Positions 10,877 through 19,734 of a stretch of DNA of 26,931 nucleotides are shown here, in pieces. The notes under the pieces are model-generated. The model saw only the letters and a list, made by a program, of their open reading frames with translations. It was not told the origin of the DNA and did no database searches. Source of the stretch: Candidatus Iainarchaeum sp. (GTDB lineage Archaea > Iainarchaeota > Iainarchaeia > Iainarchaeales > CSSED10-239); contig JAQVTI010000013.1 of NCBI GenBank assembly GCA_028700115.1, positions 1 to 26,931 of the forward strand, given 5' to 3'. The first letter of the stretch is position 1. Every line of letters begins with the position of its first letter. The translations under genes and the position numbers were made by a program.

Positions 10877-12787
10877 TTATGAAATTATTCTAACATCTAT
10901 TTCTGATTGTATTTCATTTAAAATTTCATGAGTTGTTGCATTAATATCTGTTGTTTGTTCTTTTATAATACCTACATCAATTAATAATGAATCTATATTT
11001 GTAGCTATATCTCCACTTAAAAGTTGCCAAGTATTTAAAGTAGTTGTATTTATTTGTGAAAGTCTATTATTTTGATCTTCTTGCATTATTGAAATTGCAT
11101 TTCTGATATTATAAATTTCTTTACATAAATCACTTGTATTTGTATCACTTGTTGAACAAAAATTTTCAATATTATTTAAAGAAGAATCTACTGACAAAAA
11201 TCTATTTTCAATTTCAATCATATCTAAATCATTCATAGCATGATTTGTAAGCCAGAATGTGTCTTCTTGTACATTTGCTATATCTGAAGAAATTTGGGCT
11301 AAAAGCAAATCTAATTGAGATGTTAAATTATTTACAAGATTATTTAAAATTATATTACTTAAAGAAGAATTTAAATCCGAAATTTGTGCTTGTATTTTAG
11401 TACCTGTAGATACAACTTGCCCATTTAGATTTAATTCTAAATTATTCAAACTTTCTGTTAAAAGAATATTTGAATCTAAAAACTTTTGAGCAATCAATGC
11501 ATTTGTATTATTAAACTCATTTGTTATTTGAGAAGATAAATCTAAATTTATAGAATTTAATAAATTTGTAAGAGAAGTATCCATCAAATCTATATTTGTA
11601 TTTATTTCTTCTCCAGTAGAAGCAATTGTAGCTAATAAATTAATTTTAACATTATCAAGTTCTGTTAAAACATCTTCAAATCCATCTGTTATTTGAGTAG
11701 ATAAATTTGTATTTAATGTAGTTAAAAGATTTGTTAAAGAAATATTTACATTATTTAAATTAGCATTAATTTGATCTCCTGTATTAGAAACAACTCCTTC
11801 TAAATTTAAATTTACATTTTCTAAACTTAAATTTAAATCATCTATTTCTTGACCTAATTGTGAAGATAAATTATTATTTATTGTATTTAATAATTCTTTT
11901 AAAGAAATATCTAATGAATCTATATTTGTATTTATTTCTTGACCAGTTTGAGAAACAATACCAGAGATTTGTAAATTTACATTCTCTAGATCTGTTTGAA
12001 GAACATTTAAATCAAGATCCATTTGAGAAAGTATTTGAGAATTTACTGAATTTAATAAATTTGTTAAAGATGTATTTGATAAAGATATATTTGTAATAAC
12101 ATCTTGTCCTGTTTGTGTTATATTTCCATTTATTAAAAGAGATACATTATTTAATTCTGTTCCTAATGTATTAACACCTTGTTGTATTTCTGTATTCAAA
12201 CCAGAATTAATATCTTCTAAAATTGTATTTAAGGAAGTATTTAAATTATTTAAATTTGTATTTAATACCTCACCAGTTTGTGCAAGATTTGCATTTATTG
12301 AAACATTTACATCAGATAAATCTAAATCTAAAGAATTACTCATTTCTGTAAGTGTACTAATTTGTTCTAAAGCAGGATTTAAATGAAAAGATTGTGAAGT
12401 TTTAACTTCTTGAGAACCTTTATAACATGTTACTTCTTGTTCATATGTTCCTAAAGGAGCATCAACTAATGAATCTGTTCTAAACCAATTTCCTAAAATA
12501 TTTGATTCTTGTAAAGGCTTATTATCTACAAAGATAGTTTTATCTGGATAAAGTATTGTTACAAAACAATTATCAACTTTATAAGGATTCCCTTTATAAT
12601 CTGCAAGTCTAATAATAGTAGATGCAGCATCATCTTTCCAATATTCTGTATGAGAAACCCATAAAATAGAAACTTCTTCATCTACAACTTTTTGACCATT
12701 CGCATAAGCAGATGCAAAAAATACTGCAGTAAATATAATTACTGCTGCAAGAACATGTTTTAAAATTTTTTTATTATTCTTATTCAT
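10877..12787 (-). CDS. Large secreted/anchored surface protein: signal/TM, Ig-like domain, 55-residue-repeat coiled-coil stalk
   Basis: N-terminal hydrophobic ILKHVLAAVIIFTAVFFASAYA. YWKDDAASTIIRLADYKGNPYKVDNCFVTILYPDKTIF...GTYEQEVTCYKG. Then repeated TGQEINTNIDSLDISLKELLNTINNNLSSQ...LENVNLNLEGVV units. Confidence 0.8.
   Translation of the reverse strand: MNKNNKKILKHVLAAVIIFTAVFFASAYANGQKVVDEEVSILWVSHTEYWKDDAASTIIRLADYKGNPYKVDNCFVTILYPDKTIFVDNKPLQESNILGNWFRTDSLVDAPLGTYEQEVTCYKGSQEVKTSQSFHLNPALEQISTLTEMSNSLDLDLSDVNVSINANLAQTGEVLNTNLNNLNTSLNTILEDINSGLNTEIQQGVNTLGTELNNVSLLINGNITQTGQDVITNISLSNTSLTNLLNSVNSQILSQMDLDLNVLQTDLENVNLQISGIVSQTGQEINTNIDSLDISLKELLNTINNNLSSQLGQEIDDLNLSLENVNLNLEGVVSNTGDQINANLNNVNISLTNLLTTLNTNLSTQITDGFEDVLTELDNVKINLLATIASTGEEINTNIDLMDTSLTNLLNSINLDLSSQITNEFNNTNALIAQKFLDSNILLTESLNNLELNLNGQVVSTGTKIQAQISDLNSSLSNIILNNLVNNLTSQLDLLLAQISSDIANVQEDTFWLTNHAMNDLDMIEIENRFLSVDSSLNNIENFCSTSDTNTSDLCKEIYNIRNAISIMQEDQNNRLSQINTTTLNTWQLLSGDIATNIDSLLIDVGIIKEQTTDINATTHEILNEIQSEIDVRIIS
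11414..12283 (-). repeat. In-frame tandem protein repeats, four 55-aa (165-bp) units plus a fifth expanded to 70 aa
   Basis: Units at aa 169-223, 224-278, 279-333 and 334-388, each (x)(x)TG(Q/E/D)xxxTN(I/L)xxx(N/D)xSLxxLLxxxN...(E/D)NVxLxxxGxV, then aa 389-458. Counted directly from the translation. Confidence 0.85.
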
Positions 12788-12935
12788 TAACTACACCTTT
12801 TATTTTTTATTTTTTTAAAATATAAAATATTATAATAATATGTAAAATATAACATATATAAACTTAATTGTTTTAATAAATATCTTGAATTAAAGAAAAA
12901 ATCAAAATTTTAGTAATTATTTAGAAAAATAAAAG

Positions 12936-13580
12936 TTATTTTGAAAAAATAAGAAAATATTTTCTTTTTTTTATAGAATTTTCTTTAAAAATATATTTTT
13001 TAGAAGAAAAACCAATTCTATTAAAAATAGATAAAATTATTTCTATATATTTTTCATTATTTTTTCCAAAAGGAGGATAAAATTGAAAGATTGCTTTTCC
13101 ATTTTCTTTAAGCAAACTAAATATACTTTTTGAAATTTTTTTACAAACATTCTTTATTTCAATTTCAGATTTATTTGTTAAAACCCATTGAAAAGCAGAA
13201 ATAGAAATTATTAAATCAAAATAGTTTTTTTCTAAATCAAGTTTACTTAAATCCTCAAAGCCACCTTCTTTTGTTAAAAAACCTTTATTTTCACAAATTG
13301 CTTTCATCTCTAAAGAAGGTTCAATTCCTATAAGATTATTTTTTTCAAACCCTAAAAAAACAAGATATTCCAAAGAAAAACCAGTCCCACAACCTATATC
13401 TAAAACTTTAAGATTAGAAAAATTTGTTTTTTCAAAATCAGATAGGTCTAATGCAACTTGAGTCAATTCATTTTGAGTTTTTTTCATACCACTAGAATAT
13501 TCATATCTATTAGATTCTTTTTTTGTATAAAATGAATTAGGATCTTCAAATTCCATTTCTGGAGTAATATTTTCTTGCAT
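12936..13580 (-). CDS. Class I SAM-dependent methyltransferase, Bud23/WBSCR22-like
   Basis: Motif I VLDIGCGTGFSLEYL; Bud23-like context YTKKESNRYEYSSGMKKTQNELTQVALDL, ISISAFQWV, SIFSLLKENGKAIFQFYP, terminal KKRKYFLIFS. Confidence 0.75.
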   Translation of the reverse strand: MQENITPEMEFEDPNSFYTKKESNRYEYSSGMKKTQNELTQVALDLSDFEKTNFSNLKVLDIGCGTGFSLEYLVFLGFEKNNLIGIEPSLEMKAICENKGFLTKEGGFEDLSKLDLEKNYFDLIISISAFQWVLTNKSEIEIKNVCKKISKSIFSLLKENGKAIFQFYPPFGKNNEKYIEIILSIFNRIGFSSKKYIFKENSIKKRKYFLIFSK

Positions 13581-13632
13581 ATCAAATATTTAAAGATAAA
13601 AAGAATTTATAAAACATCTTTTCTTAGAAAAA

Positions 13633-14277
13633 TTATTTATTTTGGAAAATTTCTTTTTCAGAATTATATTTATGTCCATTCAATCCCAAAAATCTATACT
13701 TAAATCCAAAATATTTTAAATCATTAATAGATATAAACTCAATAGGCTTACCAAAGTAAAGTGTATTTTCTTTAAACCAAATATTATAATCAGATCTGTT
13801 TTTAAAATTTTTTAATTTATTCATAACATCTAAAGAATCCAATTTTAAAAATATTCTCCCAAATTCTTTTAGGTTATATTTATCTATAAATAAAATAGTA
13901 AAATTAGTAATATCAAACTGTCTATACATATCTAAAAATAGTCTAATATCATTAAATGAAGGTTTAGAGCCCATACTACTTTTTTTAGAAATAGTATGAT
14001 TATGAATTAATTGTAGTTTACTTAAATCTCTATCATTTTTTTTCAAATTTTCTAAAAATTTAACAGGTATTTCAACTTTATTTTTATAACCTTGACTATT
14101 ATAAATAATATGTCCACCAGGAGATTTAATTATAATAGTTTCTTTTTTTAGATCTTTTGAAATACCATAAAACTTTCTAGAAAAAGAACCTTTAGGAAGT
14201 TTCTTTCTAATTTCATTTTGTTTTTTTAATCTTTCAGTTTTACGTTTATTTAAAAAAGAATTTAATCTCTTAATCAT
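13633..14277 (-). CDS. Hypothetical protein with a JAMM/MPN-like HxH...PSxxD motif
   Basis: LIHNHTISKKSSMGSKPSFNDIRLFLDMY resembles the RadC/JAMM metal-binding motif HNHPxxxxxPSxxD. Basic N-terminus. Fold not confirmed. Confidence 0.45.
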   Translation of the reverse strand: MIKRLNSFLNKRKTERLKKQNEIRKKLPKGSFSRKFYGISKDLKKETIIIKSPGGHIIYNSQGYKNKVEIPVKFLENLKKNDRDLSKLQLIHNHTISKKSSMGSKPSFNDIRLFLDMYRQFDITNFTILFIDKYNLKEFGRIFLKLDSLDVMNKLKNFKNRSDYNIWFKENTLYFGKPIEFISINDLKYFGFKYRFLGLNGHKYNSEKEIFQNK

Positions 14278-14301
14278 AAGTAAAAATATAACACAAATAT
14301 T

Positions 14302-14871
14302 TTATAAAACATCTTTTCTTAGAAAAACTCTTTTATTCCCCTCATAATTAATATATTTTTCAGTTTCTCTAAAATCATTCTTTTTTGCATTTTTCAAAGA
14401 CCACATATTTTTAGGATTAATAGAAACAAAAAAGTATTTTTGTCCAAGTTTTTTAGCATAATCTATTCTTAATTTAATAAAATAATCTTGAATACCTAAA
14501 CCTCTAAATTTTTCTAAAACCCCAACCCCATTTAAATCATATAAAAAAGGCAATTGTTTTTTAGTTAATTTATATCTTTTAATATAAAGCAAATTAAATT
14601 TATCAAACTTAGCAACTGACATAAAAGAAAAAGCAACAGGTTTATTTCTATAATACATTAAAAAGATATAATCTTTCTTATTTTTAATATCTTCTTTCTT
14701 ATTTTTAATATCTTCTTTAAAACGAGAATACTCATAAGCACAATCAAAACTTAAAGGTGTATTTTTTAAAATTTCTAAATGTAATTTTTTAAAAATATAA
14801 ACTACAGATGAGTTAATCTTGTAAACTTTACAATTTTTATTTTTTAATTTAATGTTTTCAATAAATTTCAT
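14302..14871 (-). CDS. GNAT family N-acetyltransferase
   Basis: NKPVAFSFMSVA, LNGVGVLEKFRGLGIQDYFIKLRIDYAKKLGQKYFFVSINPKNMWSLKNAKKNDFRETEKYI matches GNAT motif A/B organisation. Confidence 0.7.
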   Translation of the reverse strand: MKFIENIKLKNKNCKVYKINSSVVYIFKKLHLEILKNTPLSFDCAYEYSRFKEDIKNKKEDIKNKKDYIFLMYYRNKPVAFSFMSVAKFDKFNLLYIKRYKLTKKQLPFLYDLNGVGVLEKFRGLGIQDYFIKLRIDYAKKLGQKYFFVSINPKNMWSLKNAKKNDFRETEKYINYEGNKRVFLRKDVL

Positions 14872-14946
14872 TAAAATATATAAATAAATATAAAATATAT
14901 TTAAAAATAAAACTTTTTAAAAAAAAGAAAAAAAGACTTAAGAAAA

Positions 14947-16014
14947 TTATTTCTTAAGTTCAATTGTTTGTGTAGGATATGCAAAGTCAATTTTTGCTTT
15001 TTCAAATTCTTTTTTAATTTGCATATTTACAGAATCAATTGTTTCAAGATAAATAGCATAATCTACAAAAGAAATATAATAAATTACTGAAATATTTAAA
15101 GAAAATTCCCCAAAAGATTCAAAAGTTACATAAAATATTTCTGAAATTCTTTTTTCTTTTGTTAAAATATTTGTAATTATTTTTTTAGCTTTCTCAAGTT
15201 TTGAAACAGAAGTATCATAAGTTAAGCCTAATTTAACAACTTCTTTTCTTGTAGGTCTTTTCGAGATATTTTCAACAGCTTTTGTAGTTAAATGTGAATT
15301 TGGAAGATTTATTAAAGTTCCATCAAAAGTTCTAATTTTAGAAGACCTAATCCCAACTTCTTCAATTGTTCCAAAACCATCTGATGTTTTTATAATATCA
15401 TCTATCTGAAATGGTTTTTCTGTAAATATAATAATACCACTTAAAAAATTTTCTAAAATATCTTTTGCAGCAAAAGCAATTGCTAAACCCCCAATTCCAA
15501 GTCCTGCTAAAAGAGCACTAATATTATACCCAAAATATTTTAAAACAATTAAAACAGAAATTGTAAATACTATAACCTTACTTAAACCTTTTAAAAGAGG
15601 AATTAATTGATCATCTAATTTAGAATCTGTTTTTCGTGCAATTTTTTCAAAATATTCTTTAATTAATCCTAATAAAAATTTGATTAAAAACAAAGAAAAA
15701 CCTAAAACATACAATAAAAATGAACCTATTCTAATAAATTCTGAAATCCAGGTTAATACATTTAAATATTTAAAACCTATATTAAAAAATATAATTATTA
15801 TAATTATTTTAAAAGGCATAGGTTTTGAAAGAATATTAATAATTATATCATCTAATTTATTTTTTGTAATTTTTGAAATCTTTTTAAAAATATTTAAAGT
15901 TAAAAAAACAAAAATTTTAGATATAATAAAACCTAAAAAAATAAATATTATAAAAATTAAATAAGCCTTAATTGTATTTCCTAAAAAAATATATTCTAAA
16001 AACATAATTATCAC
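14947..16014 (-). CDS. mscS: MscS-family mechanosensitive ion channel
   Basis: GLGIGGLAIAFAAKDILENFLSGIIIFTEKPFQIDDIIKT..GFGTIEEVGIRSSKIRTFDGTLINLPNSHL with several upstream TM helices. Confidence 0.9.
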   Translation of the reverse strand: MIIMFLEYIFLGNTIKAYLIFIIFIFLGFIISKIFVFLTLNIFKKISKITKNKLDDIIINILSKPMPFKIIIIIIFFNIGFKYLNVLTWISEFIRIGSFLLYVLGFSLFLIKFLLGLIKEYFEKIARKTDSKLDDQLIPLLKGLSKVIVFTISVLIVLKYFGYNISALLAGLGIGGLAIAFAAKDILENFLSGIIIFTEKPFQIDDIIKTSDGFGTIEEVGIRSSKIRTFDGTLINLPNSHLTTKAVENISKRPTRKEVVKLGLTYDTSVSKLEKAKKIITNILTKEKRISEIFYVTFESFGEFSLNISVIYYISFVDYAIYLETIDSVNMQIKKEFEKAKIDFAYPTQTIELKK

Positions 16015-16169
16015 ATATTATTAATTTTTAAAAAAAATAAAAATTTAATATATAAATTTTTAAAAAATTTTAAAATATTATAATTATTAATAACCAAATC
16101 CTTTATAAAATATTATATTTTTATATATATAGTTTATATAAAAAAAATATATTAAAAGAACGATAATAA

Positions 16170-16859
16170 ATGACAGATTGTGTAGTTGAACTAAGAGATG
16201 TTTCTAAAATCTATAAAATGGGAGAAATAAATGTAAAAGCATTAGATAATGTATCCCTAAAAATTAATAAGGGGGAATTTGTCTCAATTATGGGTCCTTC
16301 TGGTTCTGGAAAATCTACTATGATGCATATTATTGGTGCACTTGATTTGCCTTCTAAAGGAGAAACTCTAATTAACGGAAATAAACTATCTAATCTCTCT
16401 GAAGATGACTTAGCTACTTTAAGAGGGAAAAATATAGGTTTTGTTTTCCAAGAATTTAATTTAATTACAACTCTAACAGCATTTGAAAATGTAAGACTTC
16501 CTATTTTATTTCAAGAAGATGAACTTAAAGAAGAATATAATAAAAGATGTGAAGATTTATTAAAAGAAGTAGGACTTGGAGATAGAATAAATCATAGACC
16601 TACTGAACTTTCTGGAGGTCAACAACAAAGAGTAGCAATCGCAAGATCTCTTGCAAACAATCCTGAAATTCTACTTGCAGATGAACCTACTGGTGCACTT
16701 GATTCTAAATCTTCTAAAGAAATTATGAATGTTTTAAAAAATCTAAATAAAAAAGGAAAAACTGTAATAATTATTACACATGATAAAAATGTAGCAAAAG
16801 AATCAAAAAGACAAATCTTTCTAAAAGATGGAAAAGTTCTAACTGATAAAAAAATGTGA
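16170..16859 (+). CDS. ABC transporter ATP-binding protein, MacB/LolD type
   Basis: Walker A GPSGSGKST, Q-loop FQEFN, signature LSGGQQQRVAIARSLANNPEILLADEPTGALDS, H-loop ITHD. Confidence 0.95.
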   Translation: MTDCVVELRDVSKIYKMGEINVKALDNVSLKINKGEFVSIMGPSGSGKSTMMHIIGALDLPSKGETLINGNKLSNLSEDDLATLRGKNIGFVFQEFNLITTLTAFENVRLPILFQEDELKEEYNKRCEDLLKEVGLGDRINHRPTELSGGQQQRVAIARSLANNPEILLADEPTGALDSKSSKEIMNVLKNLNKKGKTVIIITHDKNVAKESKRQIFLKDGKVLTDKKM

Positions 16860-16867
16860 ATTATTAA

Positions 16868-18058
16868 ATGATAAATATTTTTAATTTTGTTTTAAAAAAT
16901 CTAAAAAGAAGAAAACTTAGAAGCTGGCTTACAATTATAGGTATAATTATTGGTGTATTTGCAATTGTGTCTTTAATGTCACTTTCCCAAGGACTAAAAA
17001 CTAGTATAAATGAACAATTTGGAAAAATGGGTGCAAACAAAATTACAATTGAATCAAAATATACAACTTTTGGTGCAGAAACAGAAATTGGGTTAGGACA
17101 AGAAGATATTAGAAACTTAGAAAAAATAAGTGATTTAGAGTTTGTTTCTGGAGAAGTTAATGCAAATATAAAAACTGAATTTAATGGAGAAATAAATTTT
17201 ATAACTTCAAAAGGATACAATACAGAAAACTTTGAAAGAATTTTAGAACAAGATAATTTTAAACTTCTAAAAGGTAATTTTTTTGAAAATAATAAATCTA
17301 AACAAGTAATAATAGGTTATGATTTTTATAATGAAAAAGATTTGTTTGATAAAAAAATAAATATAAATGATAAATTAGAAATAAATAATGAAAAATATAC
17401 AGTAATTGGTATATTAGAAGACACTGGATCTAGTACAACAAACACATTAATGTATTTTCCAATTGAAACTTTAATTGATATTACAGAAAGCTCAGAAAAT
17501 TCAGTTGATTCAATAATTGCAATTGTAAAACAAGGTAAAGATATTGAAATTGTTTCTAAAAAAATTGAACAAAAACTAGAAATTAAAAGAGGGGAAAAAG
17601 ACTTTACTGTTTCAACTCCAATTGATAAAGCAAAAGATAGAGAAGAAATATTAAACACAGTTTCAATTGTTGTAATTGGAATTGCTGCAATTTCTCTTTT
17701 AGTTGGAGGAATTGGAATAATGAACTCAATGTATACTTCTGTTCTTGAAAGAAGAAAAGAAATTGGGGTATTAAAAGCAATTGGAGCAAAAAGAAAAGAT
17801 ATTCTAAAAATATTTTTATTAGAAGCAGGTTTGATTGGAATAGTTGGAGGGGCAATAGGTACTTTTTTAGGTTTTTTAGTATCTATTCTTGTAAAAATAA
17901 TTAGTAGTTATTTTGAAATAGATCTATTTGTGTCTATAAATATAGAAATAATTATTCTTGCAATTGGATTTTCATTTATAATTGGTTTAATTTCAGGATA
18001 TCTTCCAGCAAACCAAGCATCTAGACAAGAAGCAGTAGATTCTTTAAGAGAAGAATAG
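16868..18058 (+). CDS. ABC transporter permease, MacB/FtsX-like
   Basis: N-terminal LKRRKLRSWLTIIGIIIGVFAIVSL; C-terminal GIGIMNSMYTSVLERRKEIGVLKAIGAKRKDIL...SGYLPANQASRQEAVDSLR. Confidence 0.92.
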   Translation: MINIFNFVLKNLKRRKLRSWLTIIGIIIGVFAIVSLMSLSQGLKTSINEQFGKMGANKITIESKYTTFGAETEIGLGQEDIRNLEKISDLEFVSGEVNANIKTEFNGEINFITSKGYNTENFERILEQDNFKLLKGNFFENNKSKQVIIGYDFYNEKDLFDKKININDKLEINNEKYTVIGILEDTGSSTTNTLMYFPIETLIDITESSENSVDSIIAIVKQGKDIEIVSKKIEQKLEIKRGEKDFTVSTPIDKAKDREEILNTVSIVVIGIAAISLLVGGIGIMNSMYTSVLERRKEIGVLKAIGAKRKDILKIFLLEAGLIGIVGGAIGTFLGFLVSILVKIISSYFEIDLFVSINIEIIILAIGFSFIIGLISGYLPANQASRQEAVDSLREE

Positions 18059-18125
18059 TTTTATAAAGATTTAAATCATAATATATTAAAATATATTTTT
18101 ATATACAAAAAAAGGTGAATTAAAA

Positions 18126-18407
18126 ATGCCAATAAAAAGAAAAAAAACAAATTTAACTAAATCAAAACAAAATATAAGAATGATAGGTAGTAGAACAATT
18201 AAACCAAAAAAAGAAACCATTACAAAATCTTTAACATTATTACAAAAATTATCTCAAATATCTGAAAAAGAAACAAGCTCACTTAGAAAACAAAAAATGC
18301 AAGAAATTACTAAAAATTTACAAGAATCTTTTAAAAAAATAAAAAATGAAGAAAGATTATTAGAATTTAATCAAGAATTAAGATCAACTTTAGAAAAATT
18401 TAAATGA
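18126..18407 (+). CDS. Small basic hypothetical protein (93 aa), probably helical
   Basis: ORF with AGGTGA-like upstream sequence (aaaaaaggtgaattaaaaatg) sitting between the permease and the exported protein gene. Confidence 0.6.
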   Translation: MPIKRKKTNLTKSKQNIRMIGSRTIKPKKETITKSLTLLQKLSQISEKETSSLRKQKMQEITKNLQESFKKIKNEERLLEFNQELRSTLEKFK

Positions 18408-18421
18408 AAATATGAGAAATT

Positions 18422-19687
18422 ATGAATTATAAAAAATACTTAATACCTGTAATTTTTGCAATTTTAATAATTAGTTTATTTTCTGTAAATCTATTTGCAG
18501 AAACAATAGATTATGACATAATTAATTTAAATGCAGATAATTACACTTATAGCCCAACTCCAGTGATTTCTGGAGATGAATTTGAATTATGGATACAACT
18601 TACAAACAATAGTAATACAGTTGCAGAAAATATCGAATATATTTTAGAATTAGAATATCCTTTTTCACTTCTAGAAAATAATGAAAACATAGGTACAATT
18701 AAACAACTTGCACCTCATCAAACAAAAGTTATAAAATATGATTTAAAAACAAGTCCTGATGCTTTAGACAGAACTTATAATCTAAATTTTAAATACAAAA
18801 GAAATGGATTTGAAACATATACAATAAAAAATATAGAAATTGATGTTTCTGGAGATAATGCTATAGTTGACATTATATCTTCAAATATTGAAACTGCAGA
18901 AATTGGTAAAAATTCAGAAGTTTCTTTAACTATAAAAAATTTAGGTGGAAAAAACGCAAAAGATATTTTTATAACTTTAGATAATTCTGAAGACACATAC
19001 ATAAATATTTTAGATCTTAAAACAAAATATATAGAAAATTTAGAAATTGGTTCTGAACAAATTATAAAATTTAGAATAAATGTATCTAAAAATGCAAGCC
19101 TTAATAGTTATACTCTACCTATTACAATAGAATACAAAGATAATGATGGAAATTATGAAACTAATAGAAATATAGGTATAGAAATTATTGATAATCCTGA
19201 AATAATTACTAATATCCTATCAGTTGGGGAAAATTATAAACTTAAGGCAAACTCAACTGAGAAAATTTCTCTTGAAATTTATAATATAGGAAATGTAGAT
19301 GCTGAATCTGTATATATTAATTTAATATCAGACATCGCAAATGCACCATCTTATTTTATAGGTTCAATTGAAAAAGATAATTATGATAGTATTGAACTAG
19401 ACTTACAAACAAGAAACATAACTCTAGGAGAATACAATATAACTCTTGAAGTTTACTATAAAGATAGAAATTTAAAAGAACAAATGATACAAAAAGAAAT
19501 AACTATAGAAATTGTTTCTCAAACAGGAGCAAAATCAGGAGTAACTAGTGTAATATCTATAATCTTTGGAATATTAGGTTTTATTATAGGACTATCAATT
19601 TTAGTACTTTTATTAAAATGGTTGACTAAGATTTTAATAAAACCTGCTTTAAAAGAAATTAAAGGAATTTTTAGAAAAAAGAAATAA
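18422..19687 (+). CDS. Exported, C-terminally anchored protein with CARDB/NEW3-like beta-sandwich repeats
   Basis: Signal peptide YLIPVIFAILIISLFSVNLFA; SGDEFELWIQLTNNSNTVAENI, IGKNSEVSLTIKNLGGKNAKDIFITL, ANSTEKISLEIYNIGNVDAESVYINL; C-terminal TM GVTSVISIIFGILGFIIGLSILVLLL and KKK tail. Confidence 0.8.
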   Translation: MNYKKYLIPVIFAILIISLFSVNLFAETIDYDIINLNADNYTYSPTPVISGDEFELWIQLTNNSNTVAENIEYILELEYPFSLLENNENIGTIKQLAPHQTKVIKYDLKTSPDALDRTYNLNFKYKRNGFETYTIKNIEIDVSGDNAIVDIISSNIETAEIGKNSEVSLTIKNLGGKNAKDIFITLDNSEDTYINILDLKTKYIENLEIGSEQIIKFRINVSKNASLNSYTLPITIEYKDNDGNYETNRNIGIEIIDNPEIITNILSVGENYKLKANSTEKISLEIYNIGNVDAESVYINLISDIANAPSYFIGSIEKDNYDSIELDLQTRNITLGEYNITLEVYYKDRNLKEQMIQKEITIEIVSQTGAKSGVTSVISIIFGILGFIIGLSILVLLLKWLTKILIKPALKEIKGIFRKKK

Positions 19688-19734
19688 TCTTTCTTTTTTC
19701 CTAAAATATTTTTTATTTTTAAAAAGTGTAATTA

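Noticed and set aside
11860-12096. 78-aa + strand ORF inside the coiled-coil gene
   Set aside because: Antisense reading of the 55-aa repeat region; repeat-derived open frame.
15680-17855. ORFs 15680-15964 (+), 16864-17220 (-), 17326-17658 (-), 17604-17855 (+)
   Set aside because: Antisense or alternate-frame reading of the MscS and permease genes.
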